A stretch of DNA of 15,425 bases from Candidatus Hodarchaeota archaeon (GCA_029856365.1 JAHQWW010000086.1:1-15425), one strand, 5' to 3'; counted from the first letter of the stretch, positions 1 to 8,783 are shown. Notes: generated from the sequence alone by a model not told the origin. Program-made: numbers and translations.

Positions 1-2
1 AA

Positions 3-623
3 CGAACTCAGATAACAAAGGAAAAAAATGAGGAGAAAAATGAAGAGGTTACTCTAGCGATGGCAAAAGGTTTTGATGACCGAATTGGCGCCTTTATCGC
101 AGCAGAGGTTATACGTCGATTGAAAGAAGAGAACATTGAACATCCAAACCAGATTTATGGTGTAGCTACCGTCCAAGAAGAAGTGGGATTACGTGGTGCT
201 CGCACAGCTGCACATGTCATCCAGCCTGATGTTGGATTTGCTTTGGAAGTAGACATTGCTGGAGATGTACCAGGGGTTGAAAAAACCAAAGCTCCAACAG
301 AAATGTCGAAAGGAGTTTCAATTCTTACTGCAGATGCATCTATGATACCTAATCCCCGATTAAAACAATTTGTATTAGATATAGCTAAAGAAAAGGGGAT
401 TAGCCATCAGCTTTCCGTAATATTAGGAGGATCGACTGATGCCGGAATTATACACATAACTGGAATTGGTTGTCCCTCTCTTGTTCTTGGTGTTCCTACA
501 AGACATATCCATTCTCACAATGGTATATTAGATCTAGGAGATGTTGAACAAGCATTAAACCTCCTCGTAGAAGTCATTAAGAGGCTTGATCAGAAAACTG
601 TGGACTCCTTCACTCAACTTTAA
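3..623 (+). CDS. M42 family metallo-aminopeptidase (TET/FrvX-like), 5'-truncated by the window edge
   Basis: The frame is open from position 3 (RTQITKEKNEEKNEEVTLAMAKGFDDR), so ATG 60 is internal. M42 motifs present: KGFDDR, TVQEEVGLRGA, GGSTDAG, PTRHIHS. Confidence 0.95.
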   Translation, partial: RTQITKEKNEEKNEEVTLAMAKGFDDRIGAFIAAEVIRRLKEENIEHPNQIYGVATVQEEVGLRGARTAAHVIQPDVGFALEVDIAGDVPGVEKTKAPTEMSKGVSILTADASMIPNPRLKQFVLDIAKEKGISHQLSVILGGSTDAGIIHITGIGCPSLVLGVPTRHIHSHNGILDLGDVEQALNLLVEVIKRLDQKTVDSFTQL

Positions 624-626
624 ATA
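619..626 (+). promoter_or_regulatory. Candidate archaeal TATA box for the methyltransferase
   Basis: TTTAAATA overlaps the peptidase stop codon, about 30 nt upstream of ATG 656. No SD precedes ATG 656. Confidence 0.35.
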
Positions 627-628
627 CA

Positions 629-649
629 TCTTCTTTTTTCTTTTTTTTT
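629..649 (+). terminator. Oligo-T (archaeal-type) terminator of the M42 gene
   Basis: TCTTCTTTTTTCTTTTTTTTT begins 5 nt after the stop codon. Confidence 0.6.
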
Positions 650-655
650 AGATTT

Positions 656-1777
656 ATGACCCTCTCCAATAATGATATTCTTTGGATCACTGATTTAGCG
701 AAACCTGAGCGTGAGAAAGGCTACACCCGTACCTTTTATTCCTATCCTGCAAAATTTCTTTCAAAGTTGCCTCACGGATTAATTAAGAGATTTTCCAAGA
801 AAAATGACCTTGTTTTTGATCCTTTTGTAGGTGGAGGAACAACTGGATTAGAAACCATGTTATTAGAGCGTCAATTTATAGGTTATGATTTGAATCCTTT
901 TGCAATTATGGTTTCAAACGTTAAAACAACCTACTTGAATTCTGAAACTTTACAGGTTCATTTAAATTCAATTCTTACTCAACAGAAAAAGTTATTCGAA
1001 CCCAAATTTGATGTATTGGATAAAGGAGATAAAATATGTTTAGGAACGAAAATCTCCCATGAGATCAACTCCCTAATTGAAAGTATTTCAATTAATTCGC
1101 AAAAAATTCCTTTTAGACAATTTTTTGAATTAGCTTTAATTCATTCGATTAAAATCGTTGGTAGAAGGGATTTTGAATTAAAAAAAAATTGGAAATATGC
1201 CTCCATAATCCCTATCTTCGAACGTAAAGCAAGAAAGATGATACAAGAGATTTCCTCTCTTCCAAAAAATCTAAAATTCATTCCAGTTTTTAAACTGGCA
1301 TCCAACCATCAAGTTGAGCTAGAAAGGAATTCAGTTGATTTAATAGTTACCTCTCCTCCCTATAAAGACAAAGATGTCGAATATCAGCAAATCCAAATTC
1401 AGCGAAGAACTTTACACCGATCAAAACGTTCTAATGTAATATCAGCCATCCTAAGGACAACCCCTCTCCCCAAGAATACATTATGTGGCGGATTGGGGGC
1501 AAATTATTGGAAAAACAGTTTGAAATCATTAAAAGAATGTTATCGAGTCCTTAAACCTCATAAATTTGCTTTTTATTGGACTGGGTTCAAGAATCTATCT
1601 GATTTAAAACATTTTGAAAACCAATTAGATACGGTTGGTTTTGACTTGATTACGACCATTCAAGTAAAATTAAGTGATGATCGTGCTGCTTCAGGCCGAT
1701 CAACTCATCATGGTCGATCCACAGGGATGATGAGTCACGACTACCTTTTTATCACTAAGAAAAAAATTATTTTCTAA
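656..1777 (+). CDS. Site-specific DNA amino-methyltransferase (likely N4-cytosine, alpha motif order), orphan
   Basis: YPAKF (motif X), DPFVGGGTTG (motif I), GYDLNP, VDLIVTSPPY (motif IV) and ECYRVLKP. No adjacent restriction endonuclease. Confidence 0.88.
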   Translation: MTLSNNDILWITDLAKPEREKGYTRTFYSYPAKFLSKLPHGLIKRFSKKNDLVFDPFVGGGTTGLETMLLERQFIGYDLNPFAIMVSNVKTTYLNSETLQVHLNSILTQQKKLFEPKFDVLDKGDKICLGTKISHEINSLIESISINSQKIPFRQFFELALIHSIKIVGRRDFELKKNWKYASIIPIFERKARKMIQEISSLPKNLKFIPVFKLASNHQVELERNSVDLIVTSPPYKDKDVEYQQIQIQRRTLHRSKRSNVISAILRTTPLPKNTLCGGLGANYWKNSLKSLKECYRVLKPHKFAFYWTGFKNLSDLKHFENQLDTVGFDLITTIQVKLSDDRAASGRSTHHGRSTGMMSHDYLFITKKKIIF

Positions 1778-2052
1778 AAGTGATCTAAGATTTTTAATTC
1801 TGCGGGAAGATTTGTTCATTTTTCTACCCGATAAATGTCTAGATAAGCACTGGAATTTTGAGAAGCTATTGAAAAGGAGGTTATTTTGATGATGCTTACT
1901 TTTTTTGGTTTTTAATTCTCTTTGTTTGTTCACAAGAGAATAAAATACAACATTTAAAAATTACATGAAAAAAAAATATATTATGGTTTTATGGAAAATA
2001 CTGATTAAGCACCTCGATGTTCATAAAACTGAACCTATAGAAAGTGAAAAAA

Positions 2053-2184
2053 ATGTTCGATAAACTCAAAAAAGAAGCTGGAAAAAAGAAGAAAGAAGCG
2101 GAAAAAATAGGCAAAAAAACTGTGGAGAAAGGAAAAGAAGTGGGAAAGAAAGTAAAAACAGAAGCTAAAAAGAAAAACTGGTGA
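2053..2184 (+). CDS. 43-aa Lys/Glu-rich microprotein with 11-mer amphipathic repeats (not in ORF track)
   Basis: Manual translation gives MFDKLKKEAGKKKKEAEKIGKKTVEKGKEVGKKVKTEAKKKNW*. It is preceded by AAAGTGAAAAAA, similar to the AAAGTGA before pfkB. Confidence 0.65.
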   Translation: MFDKLKKEAGKKKKEAEKIGKKTVEKGKEVGKKVKTEAKKKNW

Positions 2185-2225
2185 GGAGTAAACCAGAAGT
2201 TAAGTGGTCCACCAGTACTATTACA

Positions 2226-2561
2226 CTAACCATAGTAAGATGGTGGTTCTTGATCTGGTTTTTTAATCGGATGACCTAATTGAATTTCCCCGTGCATTGA
2301 TTCGAAACGCTTCACGTGTTCCGACATCCATATTGCCATCCGTTTAAATACAGCAGGGCTCATTTTAACGGTAGCGACAAAATTGTGTTCTATTGTGTCT
2401 AATACTATCCGTCCTGGCTGGTCACTTTCTCGTGGAACAAGCCTATCTTGAAAAAAACTAATATTCCCTTCGTTGGGATTTACACCCCCGAAGAATCCTG
2501 AAATAGCAAAGTCAGGTACATTTTCAAAATTCACTTTAATTGTAGGTGGTTTTGTTTGCAT
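2226..2561 (-). CDS. DUF3467-like small protein with C-terminal YYG (HbYX-like) tail
   Basis: Pattern PDFAISGFFGGVNPNEGNISFFQD...VATVKMSPAVFKRMAIWMSEHVKRFESMHGEI resembles DUF3467. I chose ATG 2561; TTG 2621 is the alternative start. Confidence 0.65.
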   Translation of the reverse strand: MQTKPPTIKVNFENVPDFAISGFFGGVNPNEGNISFFQDRLVPRESDQPGRIVLDTIEHNFVATVKMSPAVFKRMAIWMSEHVKRFESMHGEIQLGHPIKKPDQEPPSYYG

Positions 2562-2838
2562 TTTTGACCCCTTCTTTCCATGTTTAACCTTTTCATCTAT
2601 TCTCTTTATCAAACTCTTCAATCATTATTATTCATGATGTTTATTTAACTGACTATTATATTGCATTGCTTTGGAAACAAATAAAATCCTAAATTGATTT
2701 ATTCAACACATGAAGACAAAAACGTTTATTTTAACGGCATAAAAACATGAAATAAGACCATTGATGCTAATGAAAATAGTTCTTAAAATGATACATCAAA
2801 GAATTATTAAAAAGTTTAATGATTAAGGTTGATAATCA

Positions 2839-5268
2839 ATGTTTCCAATTGCTGATACTCTATTTGGCTTGATTCTAATAGGGATAGCATTTTTTATCAT
2901 AATTGGATTATCAGTCTACTCATTAATTCAAGTAATATTTTTAGGAAGAAAGCGTTTTGTTATTGGACCTAAACCATATAAAGGACAGGATACCGTCTTA
3001 AATGGCGCAGATCTCTCACGGGACATGACTGTGACTCAGGCAACTATGACTGGAGTGGGAGCTATGATTGGTGCGGGTATTTTTGTCCTTACAGGGATTG
3101 CTGCAGGGATTGCTGGGCCAGGATTATTAGTTGCTTTTGCTTTCAACGGAGTGATTGCTACCTTAATTGCAATGGTCTATGCGGAACTAGGATCCGCAAT
3201 ACCTGAAGCAGGTGGAGGGTATATTTGGGCTAGGGCTGGACTAGGAGAACATCAAGGATTCTTAAGTGGCTGGATGAGTTGGTTCGCAGCTGCAGTTGCA
3301 GGGTCGCTTTATGCCCTTGGATTTGCTGCATATTTTACTACCTTTCTTGATAACCTTGGTTTTGAAATTCCTCTTGAAACTGTTTTCATCATTGAAAAAA
3401 TAATTGCAGTTGGTGCCATTGTATTATTTTTAATTATTAATCAATTCGGATCTTCAGTCATGGGAAAAGCTGAGACCTGGATATCGGGCATAAAGGTATT
3501 AGTGCTTGTATTTTTCATCTTAACAGGTTTGATTATTATGACCTCAATTCCTACCCTAACCTCAGCAAATTTCACGGATTTTTTTCCAAGAGGATTTTTT
3601 TCGATTTTTACAGCAATGGGATTCACTTTCATTGCATTTGAGGGATATGAAGTTGTGTGTCAAACAGGAGAGGAGATTTACGACCCAAAGACCAGTATTC
3701 CGAAATCGGTAATTCTGTCGGTATTAATCGTGATACCGATATATCTATTAGTGGGAGTGGTTTCTCTAGGGGCGTTTACAGTGGAAGGACAGGCAACTTG
3801 GGAATTTTTAAGTGAAAATAAGGAATTAGGACTTCTGTATGCGGCTCAACAAATGCTTCCGGGTTTAGGATTAGTTGTTATTCTTTTTGGAGGAATATTA
3901 TCAACACTATCAGCCTTAAATGCTGCTATTTTTTCGTCAACTCGGGTAGCGTTTGCTTTGGCTCGGAATGGATCTTTACCTTCACAATTAGCATCAGTTT
4001 CAGCTAAAACACATACACCAGTCAATTCCATATACGTAACTGGATTAGTTGTTATTCTAATGGCTGTTTTAATCCCCATTGAAGCTGTAGCAACTTCTGC
4101 TGATTTGATGTTTATGATATTATTCGGACAAGTTATGGTAGCAGCCGTTTTAATCCGGAGAAAGGTCAGGATCTCTATAGAAAAACTAGATTATGGCTAT
4201 AAGACCCCATTGTTCCCTCTCATTCCTGTATTAGGAGGAATCGCATTATTAACCATCTTTTCTTTCACGCTATTTCTACATCCAGAATCCTTTTTAACCA
4301 CCTCAATTTGGTTATTACTAGGTATAATCCTTTATGAAGGATATGCCCGTAAAAGAATTCCAATTAAAGTCTCATCAAAATTAGGAAAACATGTTCGTCC
4401 TCGGGCTGACTACGTGCCAGAAACCTTTTTTACAACTATTTTAAACAACATTCTAATTCCCGTACGGGGAAAACCCTTCGAATGGGACACTATCAGAATA
4501 GCTATTCACATTGCTCATGAATTTGGGCCAAAAGTTACGCTTTATCATTTTGGATATGAAACAGAAAAGGCATTTAGCAGTTATACCGACGAATTTAAAC
4601 GATTTCAAATACCATATGAATTAATTATTGTTGAACCTCTCCGAAGAAATATTTCAGCTAGAGATATCATTCAACACATGATTGAGGTAGCTAACACAGG
4701 GGAATATCAATTAGCTATTTTACCCTCCCCTCGTGGCCGAAAATTCTGGGAAATTAGCATTTCTCACAATACACTCCGAAAAATGCCAATTCCAGGACTT
4801 CAAGTTTTTCCCAGTAAGAATGAGAAAACCGAGAAAAAAATTACCTTCGAACATGTAGGCGCGTTGACTCCAGGCACTAAACGTGACCCTTTTCTATTAC
4901 AGCTTGGGATCGCCATGGTCTCATCAACTAGAATTGCTGATTTAGTAGCTTATCATTGGACTCACGTTCCTAAATTAATTACACCCGAAGTAATGTCTGA
5001 AGCTCCTGGAGTACAGGAAGATATTTCTGTTTTTTTGCACAATATTGGAGAAGCTCTTAGAATGGGAATACCCATTGAACAAAGACATGTATTAGGTCAT
5101 GATTTCGTCAGATCAATTGCTGAGGTTGTTAAGAAAGATCGTTTAGACCTTTTGATTCTTGGATATGGCAAACCTCGATTAGGACGAAGACCATCTGAAA
5201 AATTGGTTCGTCAAATTGATTGTACTGCGGTTGTATTTCATGGAAGACCTTTTTATCAAAGTTCTTAA
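2839..5268 (+). CDS. APC-superfamily amino acid permease / cation-chloride-cotransporter-like protein with C-terminal tandem USP-like domains
   Basis: GAMIGAGIF (TM1), YAELGSAIPEAGGGY, FIAFEGYE (TM6) and about 12 TMs. The cytoplasmic tail has NILIPV...and IAEVVKKDRLDLLILG...LVRQIDCTAVVF, which are USP-like. Confidence 0.9.
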   Translation: MFPIADTLFGLILIGIAFFIIIGLSVYSLIQVIFLGRKRFVIGPKPYKGQDTVLNGADLSRDMTVTQATMTGVGAMIGAGIFVLTGIAAGIAGPGLLVAFAFNGVIATLIAMVYAELGSAIPEAGGGYIWARAGLGEHQGFLSGWMSWFAAAVAGSLYALGFAAYFTTFLDNLGFEIPLETVFIIEKIIAVGAIVLFLIINQFGSSVMGKAETWISGIKVLVLVFFILTGLIIMTSIPTLTSANFTDFFPRGFFSIFTAMGFTFIAFEGYEVVCQTGEEIYDPKTSIPKSVILSVLIVIPIYLLVGVVSLGAFTVEGQATWEFLSENKELGLLYAAQQMLPGLGLVVILFGGILSTLSALNAAIFSSTRVAFALARNGSLPSQLASVSAKTHTPVNSIYVTGLVVILMAVLIPIEAVATSADLMFMILFGQVMVAAVLIRRKVRISIEKLDYGYKTPLFPLIPVLGGIALLTIFSFTLFLHPESFLTTSIWLLLGIILYEGYARKRIPIKVSSKLGKHVRPRADYVPETFFTTILNNILIPVRGKPFEWDTIRIAIHIAHEFGPKVTLYHFGYETEKAFSSYTDEFKRFQIPYELIIVEPLRRNISARDIIQHMIEVANTGEYQLAILPSPRGRKFWEISISHNTLRKMPIPGLQVFPSKNEKTEKKITFEHVGALTPGTKRDPFLLQLGIAMVSSTRIADLVAYHWTHVPKLITPEVMSEAPGVQEDISVFLHNIGEALRMGIPIEQRHVLGHDFVRSIAEVVKKDRLDLLILGYGKPRLGRRPSEKLVRQIDCTAVVFHGRPFYQSS

Positions 5269-5417
5269 TTTTTCAAGCAGATTGATCCCGTTCAATCTAT
5301 TTAAATCTTTATTTGATTGTTATAATCAGTTTCAGGAAATTATTTCTTCTTCAAAAGTCTGTACTTTCCGTTTCCTTCACATTTTTATAACATAAACTAT
5401 TATTTTTCCTGAGTCTT

Positions 5418-6407
5418 ATGCTAAATAAAAAACAAAAGATTATTGTTGCTAGTATTTTCTCATTATTTCTCCTTACTCTACTGTTAATTCTAATTCCTTT
5501 TTCCAGTCACCCTCTTATATATAAAGCCCCTGGTGCCCCTTCTTATCACAGCGGTGTTCCTGGCGTTAATGGGACAGCTCCCTTCCGTGATACTACTTTT
5601 AATTGTTCCCTTGAAACTATAACTGAACGAATTATTTTCATCCGTCAAAGTGGAGTGAGAACAGTTACCCATTTTGATGCTGAAATTGAGTTAGCTGGAC
5701 CAGAACGTGTTTTTTTGCCCCTTGGAAAACAACCTAATTATGTTCAGTCCCATGACCTCGTCATCGAACAAATCAAATCTTACGAACCCCTAGTCTTACT
5801 GATGAGTCATCTTGGTTATATCCATGTATTTCAGAAAAATCCTTGTTTAGTAATGTTTACTCGTTGTTTATCGTTGTCTCCTAACTCAAGTCCAGCTAAT
5901 CTAAGAGGAAAATTAACTCCTGTATCTCAGGATGGTTGGGGATTCACGGAAACTGTTTCAGATGGTAACAACAAAACCATATACTTTTCAACAACCTACC
6001 TTTTTGTCCACGGTTCTGTCACTTACTTTAATGAAGAAACGAGGTATTATGAGGTTGTTTCACTTCAGGACATTGATTTTGGAAATATCTATCCTGTGGA
6101 GAATATTAATGATGAAACAATGCATCTTAACACGCCTGAATACGTAATGGATTCTAGTAATGAACCAGTTCAATATTATAACTTGGTAAATAAGAGTTTT
6201 TCTGGTACTGGGTCATTTACAGTAGAGTTAACCATACCTGATGATGGCATTACTACAAATTCCTTTCTGTTCAATTTGAGTATAGAATTAAAAAGAAGTC
6301 ATCCCAATGATCCATTACCTATTTGTCACGGTTTTAGCGGTACAGTTGAGAGTTACTTCCACTTAAGGTATGATAACTTTCTGAGCATGAATATAGAACT
6401 AGTTTGA
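5418..6407 (+). CDS. Hypothetical membrane-anchored/secreted beta-rich protein
   Basis: 329-aa ORF with a basic N-terminus, a hydrophobic helix (IIVASIFSLFLLTLLLILIPF) and six N-X-S/T sequons. No family recognised. Confidence 0.75.
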   Translation: MLNKKQKIIVASIFSLFLLTLLLILIPFSSHPLIYKAPGAPSYHSGVPGVNGTAPFRDTTFNCSLETITERIIFIRQSGVRTVTHFDAEIELAGPERVFLPLGKQPNYVQSHDLVIEQIKSYEPLVLLMSHLGYIHVFQKNPCLVMFTRCLSLSPNSSPANLRGKLTPVSQDGWGFTETVSDGNNKTIYFSTTYLFVHGSVTYFNEETRYYEVVSLQDIDFGNIYPVENINDETMHLNTPEYVMDSSNEPVQYYNLVNKSFSGTGSFTVELTIPDDGITTNSFLFNLSIELKRSHPNDPLPICHGFSGTVESYFHLRYDNFLSMNIELV

Positions 6408-6462
6408 TCTGCTTTCTTTGTGTGTTTTTGAAACATCCTCTTTTTAGAATCTTTTTAATAAC

Positions 6463-6948
6463 TCACAAATTCTGAAGCTTTTCAACGATTAAATCGGAAA
6501 CTTGTCGAAGATATTTCTGGTCAGTCTCATCAAAGGCTGCAACATCATCAGAATCAACATCGATTTGCCCTATTATTTCCGTTTTCTTCTGTATTAATAC
6601 TACGATTTCTGATCGTGTTTCCAATGAGCATGCGAGATAGTTATCTTCCGTCGTCACATCTTCGACTATTTTGTCTGTCTTATCTACTACTGCAGAGCCA
6701 CAGACACCTCGACCGACTGGAATATGAGTGTGCTCTGTTGGTTTCCCAACATAATAGTCTAATACCAGTTCATTTTTCTCTTTGTTAAGCAGATAGATAC
6801 CTGTCCAGTTAAAATACGGAATATCAGAGAGTTGATCAACAACAACCATATACATTTTCTGAGCTGTTATATCTTCAATTTGAAGTAGTTTGTGCTCTAT
6901 AGATTGTAGGATTAAACGGTACTGCCTTTCTTTTTCGATTTTCTCCAT
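6463..6948 (-). CDS. msrC: GAF-domain free methionine-(R)-sulfoxide reductase-like protein (fRMsr, two-Cys type)
   Basis: FNWTGIYL, GRGVCGSA, YLACSLETRSEIVV and GQIDVDS motifs. GGTGA 4 nt before ATG 6948 favours that start over TTG 6966. Confidence 0.82.
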   Translation of the reverse strand: MEKIEKERQYRLILQSIEHKLLQIEDITAQKMYMVVVDQLSDIPYFNWTGIYLLNKEKNELVLDYYVGKPTEHTHIPVGRGVCGSAVVDKTDKIVEDVTTEDNYLACSLETRSEIVVLIQKKTEIIGQIDVDSDDVAAFDETDQKYLRQVSDLIVEKLQNL

Positions 6949-7126
6949 AATTTCACCGTCATTCAAAAGTAAATATTGATTAACTAAGAGATTAGTATAT
7001 ATTTTTGGATAAAAACCAATAAAATATCTTCAATCATTCCCTCTTTAAATGCCTCTATAAAAAGAATCATTATTGAGGTGAAATGGTTTCTCTTACAAAT
7101 AATAATCATATGGAGCTAGAGGAAAA

Positions 7127-8152
7127 ATGTCTGAATATTCACGCATAGCACTTTACTTACAGGATAAGCATGATATTCCTAAGTCAATAGAATTTGCCAA
7201 ATATGCTGAAAAAAAAGGATTCGAAGCTGTTTGGCAAGCTGAGTCACGTTTAGCTCGTGTGGCAACTATTCCCCTTTCTGCAATGGCTGCAGTTACAAAA
7301 AAGATCAAATTAGGAACTGGGGTTGTAAATAATCTGACACGAAATGTTGCACTCATGGCTGCCACTTTCTCTACCATGGATCAAATGGCTCCAGGCAGAT
7401 TCATTTGTGGGCTTGGAGCGTGGTGGGAACCTCTCGCAAGTAAAGTTGGCACACCTCGTAGGAAGCCATTGAAGTTGATGAGGGAATATACAACTGTTAT
7501 GAAAAAATTACTTAGTATGGAAACAGTCACATTTGATGGGGAATTTGTTCATGTGGATGGGATCCGATTAGATATAGTTCATGGGGATCCAGACAAACCA
7601 CGAGAGGTTCCAATATTGATTGGCGCAACAGGTATGAAAATGATAGAACTTACTGGAGAACTCTGTGCCCAGAATCTAGCTGATGGCATTTTACTTAACT
7701 ACATGGTTTCACCTGATTATAATCATACAGCGTTGAAATATCTAGAAATTGGGGCAAAAAAAGCTGGTGGCTCCTTAGAAAACATTGATCGGCCTCAACT
7801 AATTGTTTGTTCAATGGATCGTGATCGAAAAAAAGCATTAGATGAAGCAAGAGAACTATTAACCCAATATATGGGGCAACAACCCCATTTAATGAAGGCA
7901 AGTAAGATGCCCCAAGATATTCTTGACAAAATCCACGATGAATTAACATGGCCAGCAACAAGAGAACAAATCCATAAAGCAATGAGACATATCCCCGACG
8001 AGATCGTACAGAAAATTACAGCCAGCGGAAACCCGAATGAATGTGTTGAACAAGTATCAAAGTGGATTGAGAGTGGTTGTACTTGTCCAGTCCTTTATCA
8101 ACTCTCGGACGATGTAAAACTGATGATTGATACATTTTCTCCGAATCAATAA
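7127..8152 (+). CDS. LLM-class (luciferase-like) flavin/F420-dependent oxidoreductase, Mer-like fold
   Basis: [42 protein letters not shown] and ADGILLN motifs. GGAG/GAGG upstream. Confidence 0.9.
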   Translation: MSEYSRIALYLQDKHDIPKSIEFAKYAEKKGFEAVWQAESRLARVATIPLSAMAAVTKKIKLGTGVVNNLTRNVALMAATFSTMDQMAPGRFICGLGAWWEPLASKVGTPRRKPLKLMREYTTVMKKLLSMETVTFDGEFVHVDGIRLDIVHGDPDKPREVPILIGATGMKMIELTGELCAQNLADGILLNYMVSPDYNHTALKYLEIGAKKAGGSLENIDRPQLIVCSMDRDRKKALDEARELLTQYMGQQPHLMKASKMPQDILDKIHDELTWPATREQIHKAMRHIPDEIVQKITASGNPNECVEQVSKWIESGCTCPVLYQLSDDVKLMIDTFSPNQ

Positions 8153-8198
8153 TCTTTTCTCATCCTACTTTGATTCTATTCGGTTATAAAAGCTATTG

Positions 8199-8783
8199 TT
8201 ATAAAAATTCTAGAACCATTACCAGAATCGCTGTAACAACACCAGCAATTACCATCCTAACTCCATTTATGACCATATTTTCCTTTGAGATTTTACCTAA
8301 ATATGCTCCTAAGACAAACAAAGAAATGCTAGTTAGTAGTATCGAAGCTACGTATGCAAATTCAATGGTCCATTTTAAAAAATAAGCTCCAAAAAAGGGA
8401 AGAAATGAAATTGAAGCTGCCAAAAACGGACTAAGACCATCAACTACTGCTACAAAATAGGACGAAATCATTGCTGCTTGATCAAGAACAGTATTTTCTA
8501 TGTTTTCAAGCATTGCAGACCCCATTTCAGCTAGTTCTTCTTTCTTAACAGCACTCTCTGTCAAATATGCGCCAAATCCTCCTGAAACTCCCATCGCGAT
8601 GCTTGCTCCTAATCCAGCGAGGATTATTGTTCGGGGTTCATGAACTCCAGCTATGAAGCTCCCAATGATGATACCCAACGCTGTAAGAGCGCCATCAAAG
8701 CTATTCATTACCATATACCGTTTAGCAATTCCCCCAGTCTCTCCTATTTGTAGAAGATTTTTAATCTGTTTAAATGACTTCAT
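8199..8783 (-). CDS. VIT1/CCC1 family transporter (archaeal TIGR00267-like)
   Basis: RYMVMNSFDGALTALG, AMGVSGGFGAYLTES, VDGLSP and LGAYLGKISKE motifs. GGTGA precedes the start. Confidence 0.9.
   Translation of the reverse strand: MKSFKQIKNLLQIGETGGIAKRYMVMNSFDGALTALGIIIGSFIAGVHEPRTIILAGLGASIAMGVSGGFGAYLTESAVKKEELAEMGSAMLENIENTVLDQAAMISSYFVAVVDGLSPFLAASISFLPFFGAYFLKWTIEFAYVASILLTSISLFVLGAYLGKISKENMVINGVRMVIAGVVTAILVMVLEFL

Noticed and set aside
21-49. KNEE-KNEE tandem repeat in the peptidase
   Set aside because: A low-complexity loop insertion within the coding sequence, not an array.
1700-1933. 77-aa minus-strand ORF
   Set aside because: It overlaps the MTase 3' end, has a non-ATG start and no recognisable motif. 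Probably spurious, and it is not a restriction endonuclease.
1983-2063. 26-aa ORF MVLWKILIKHLDVHKTEPIESEKNVR
   Set aside because: Short, no RBS, and it overlaps the better-supported microprotein start.
3441-4079. Two antisense ORFs inside the permease
   Set aside because: Shadow ORFs of a confident gene.
5490-6147. Short ORFs within the 329-aa gene
   Set aside because: Nested alternative-frame or antisense ORFs without support.
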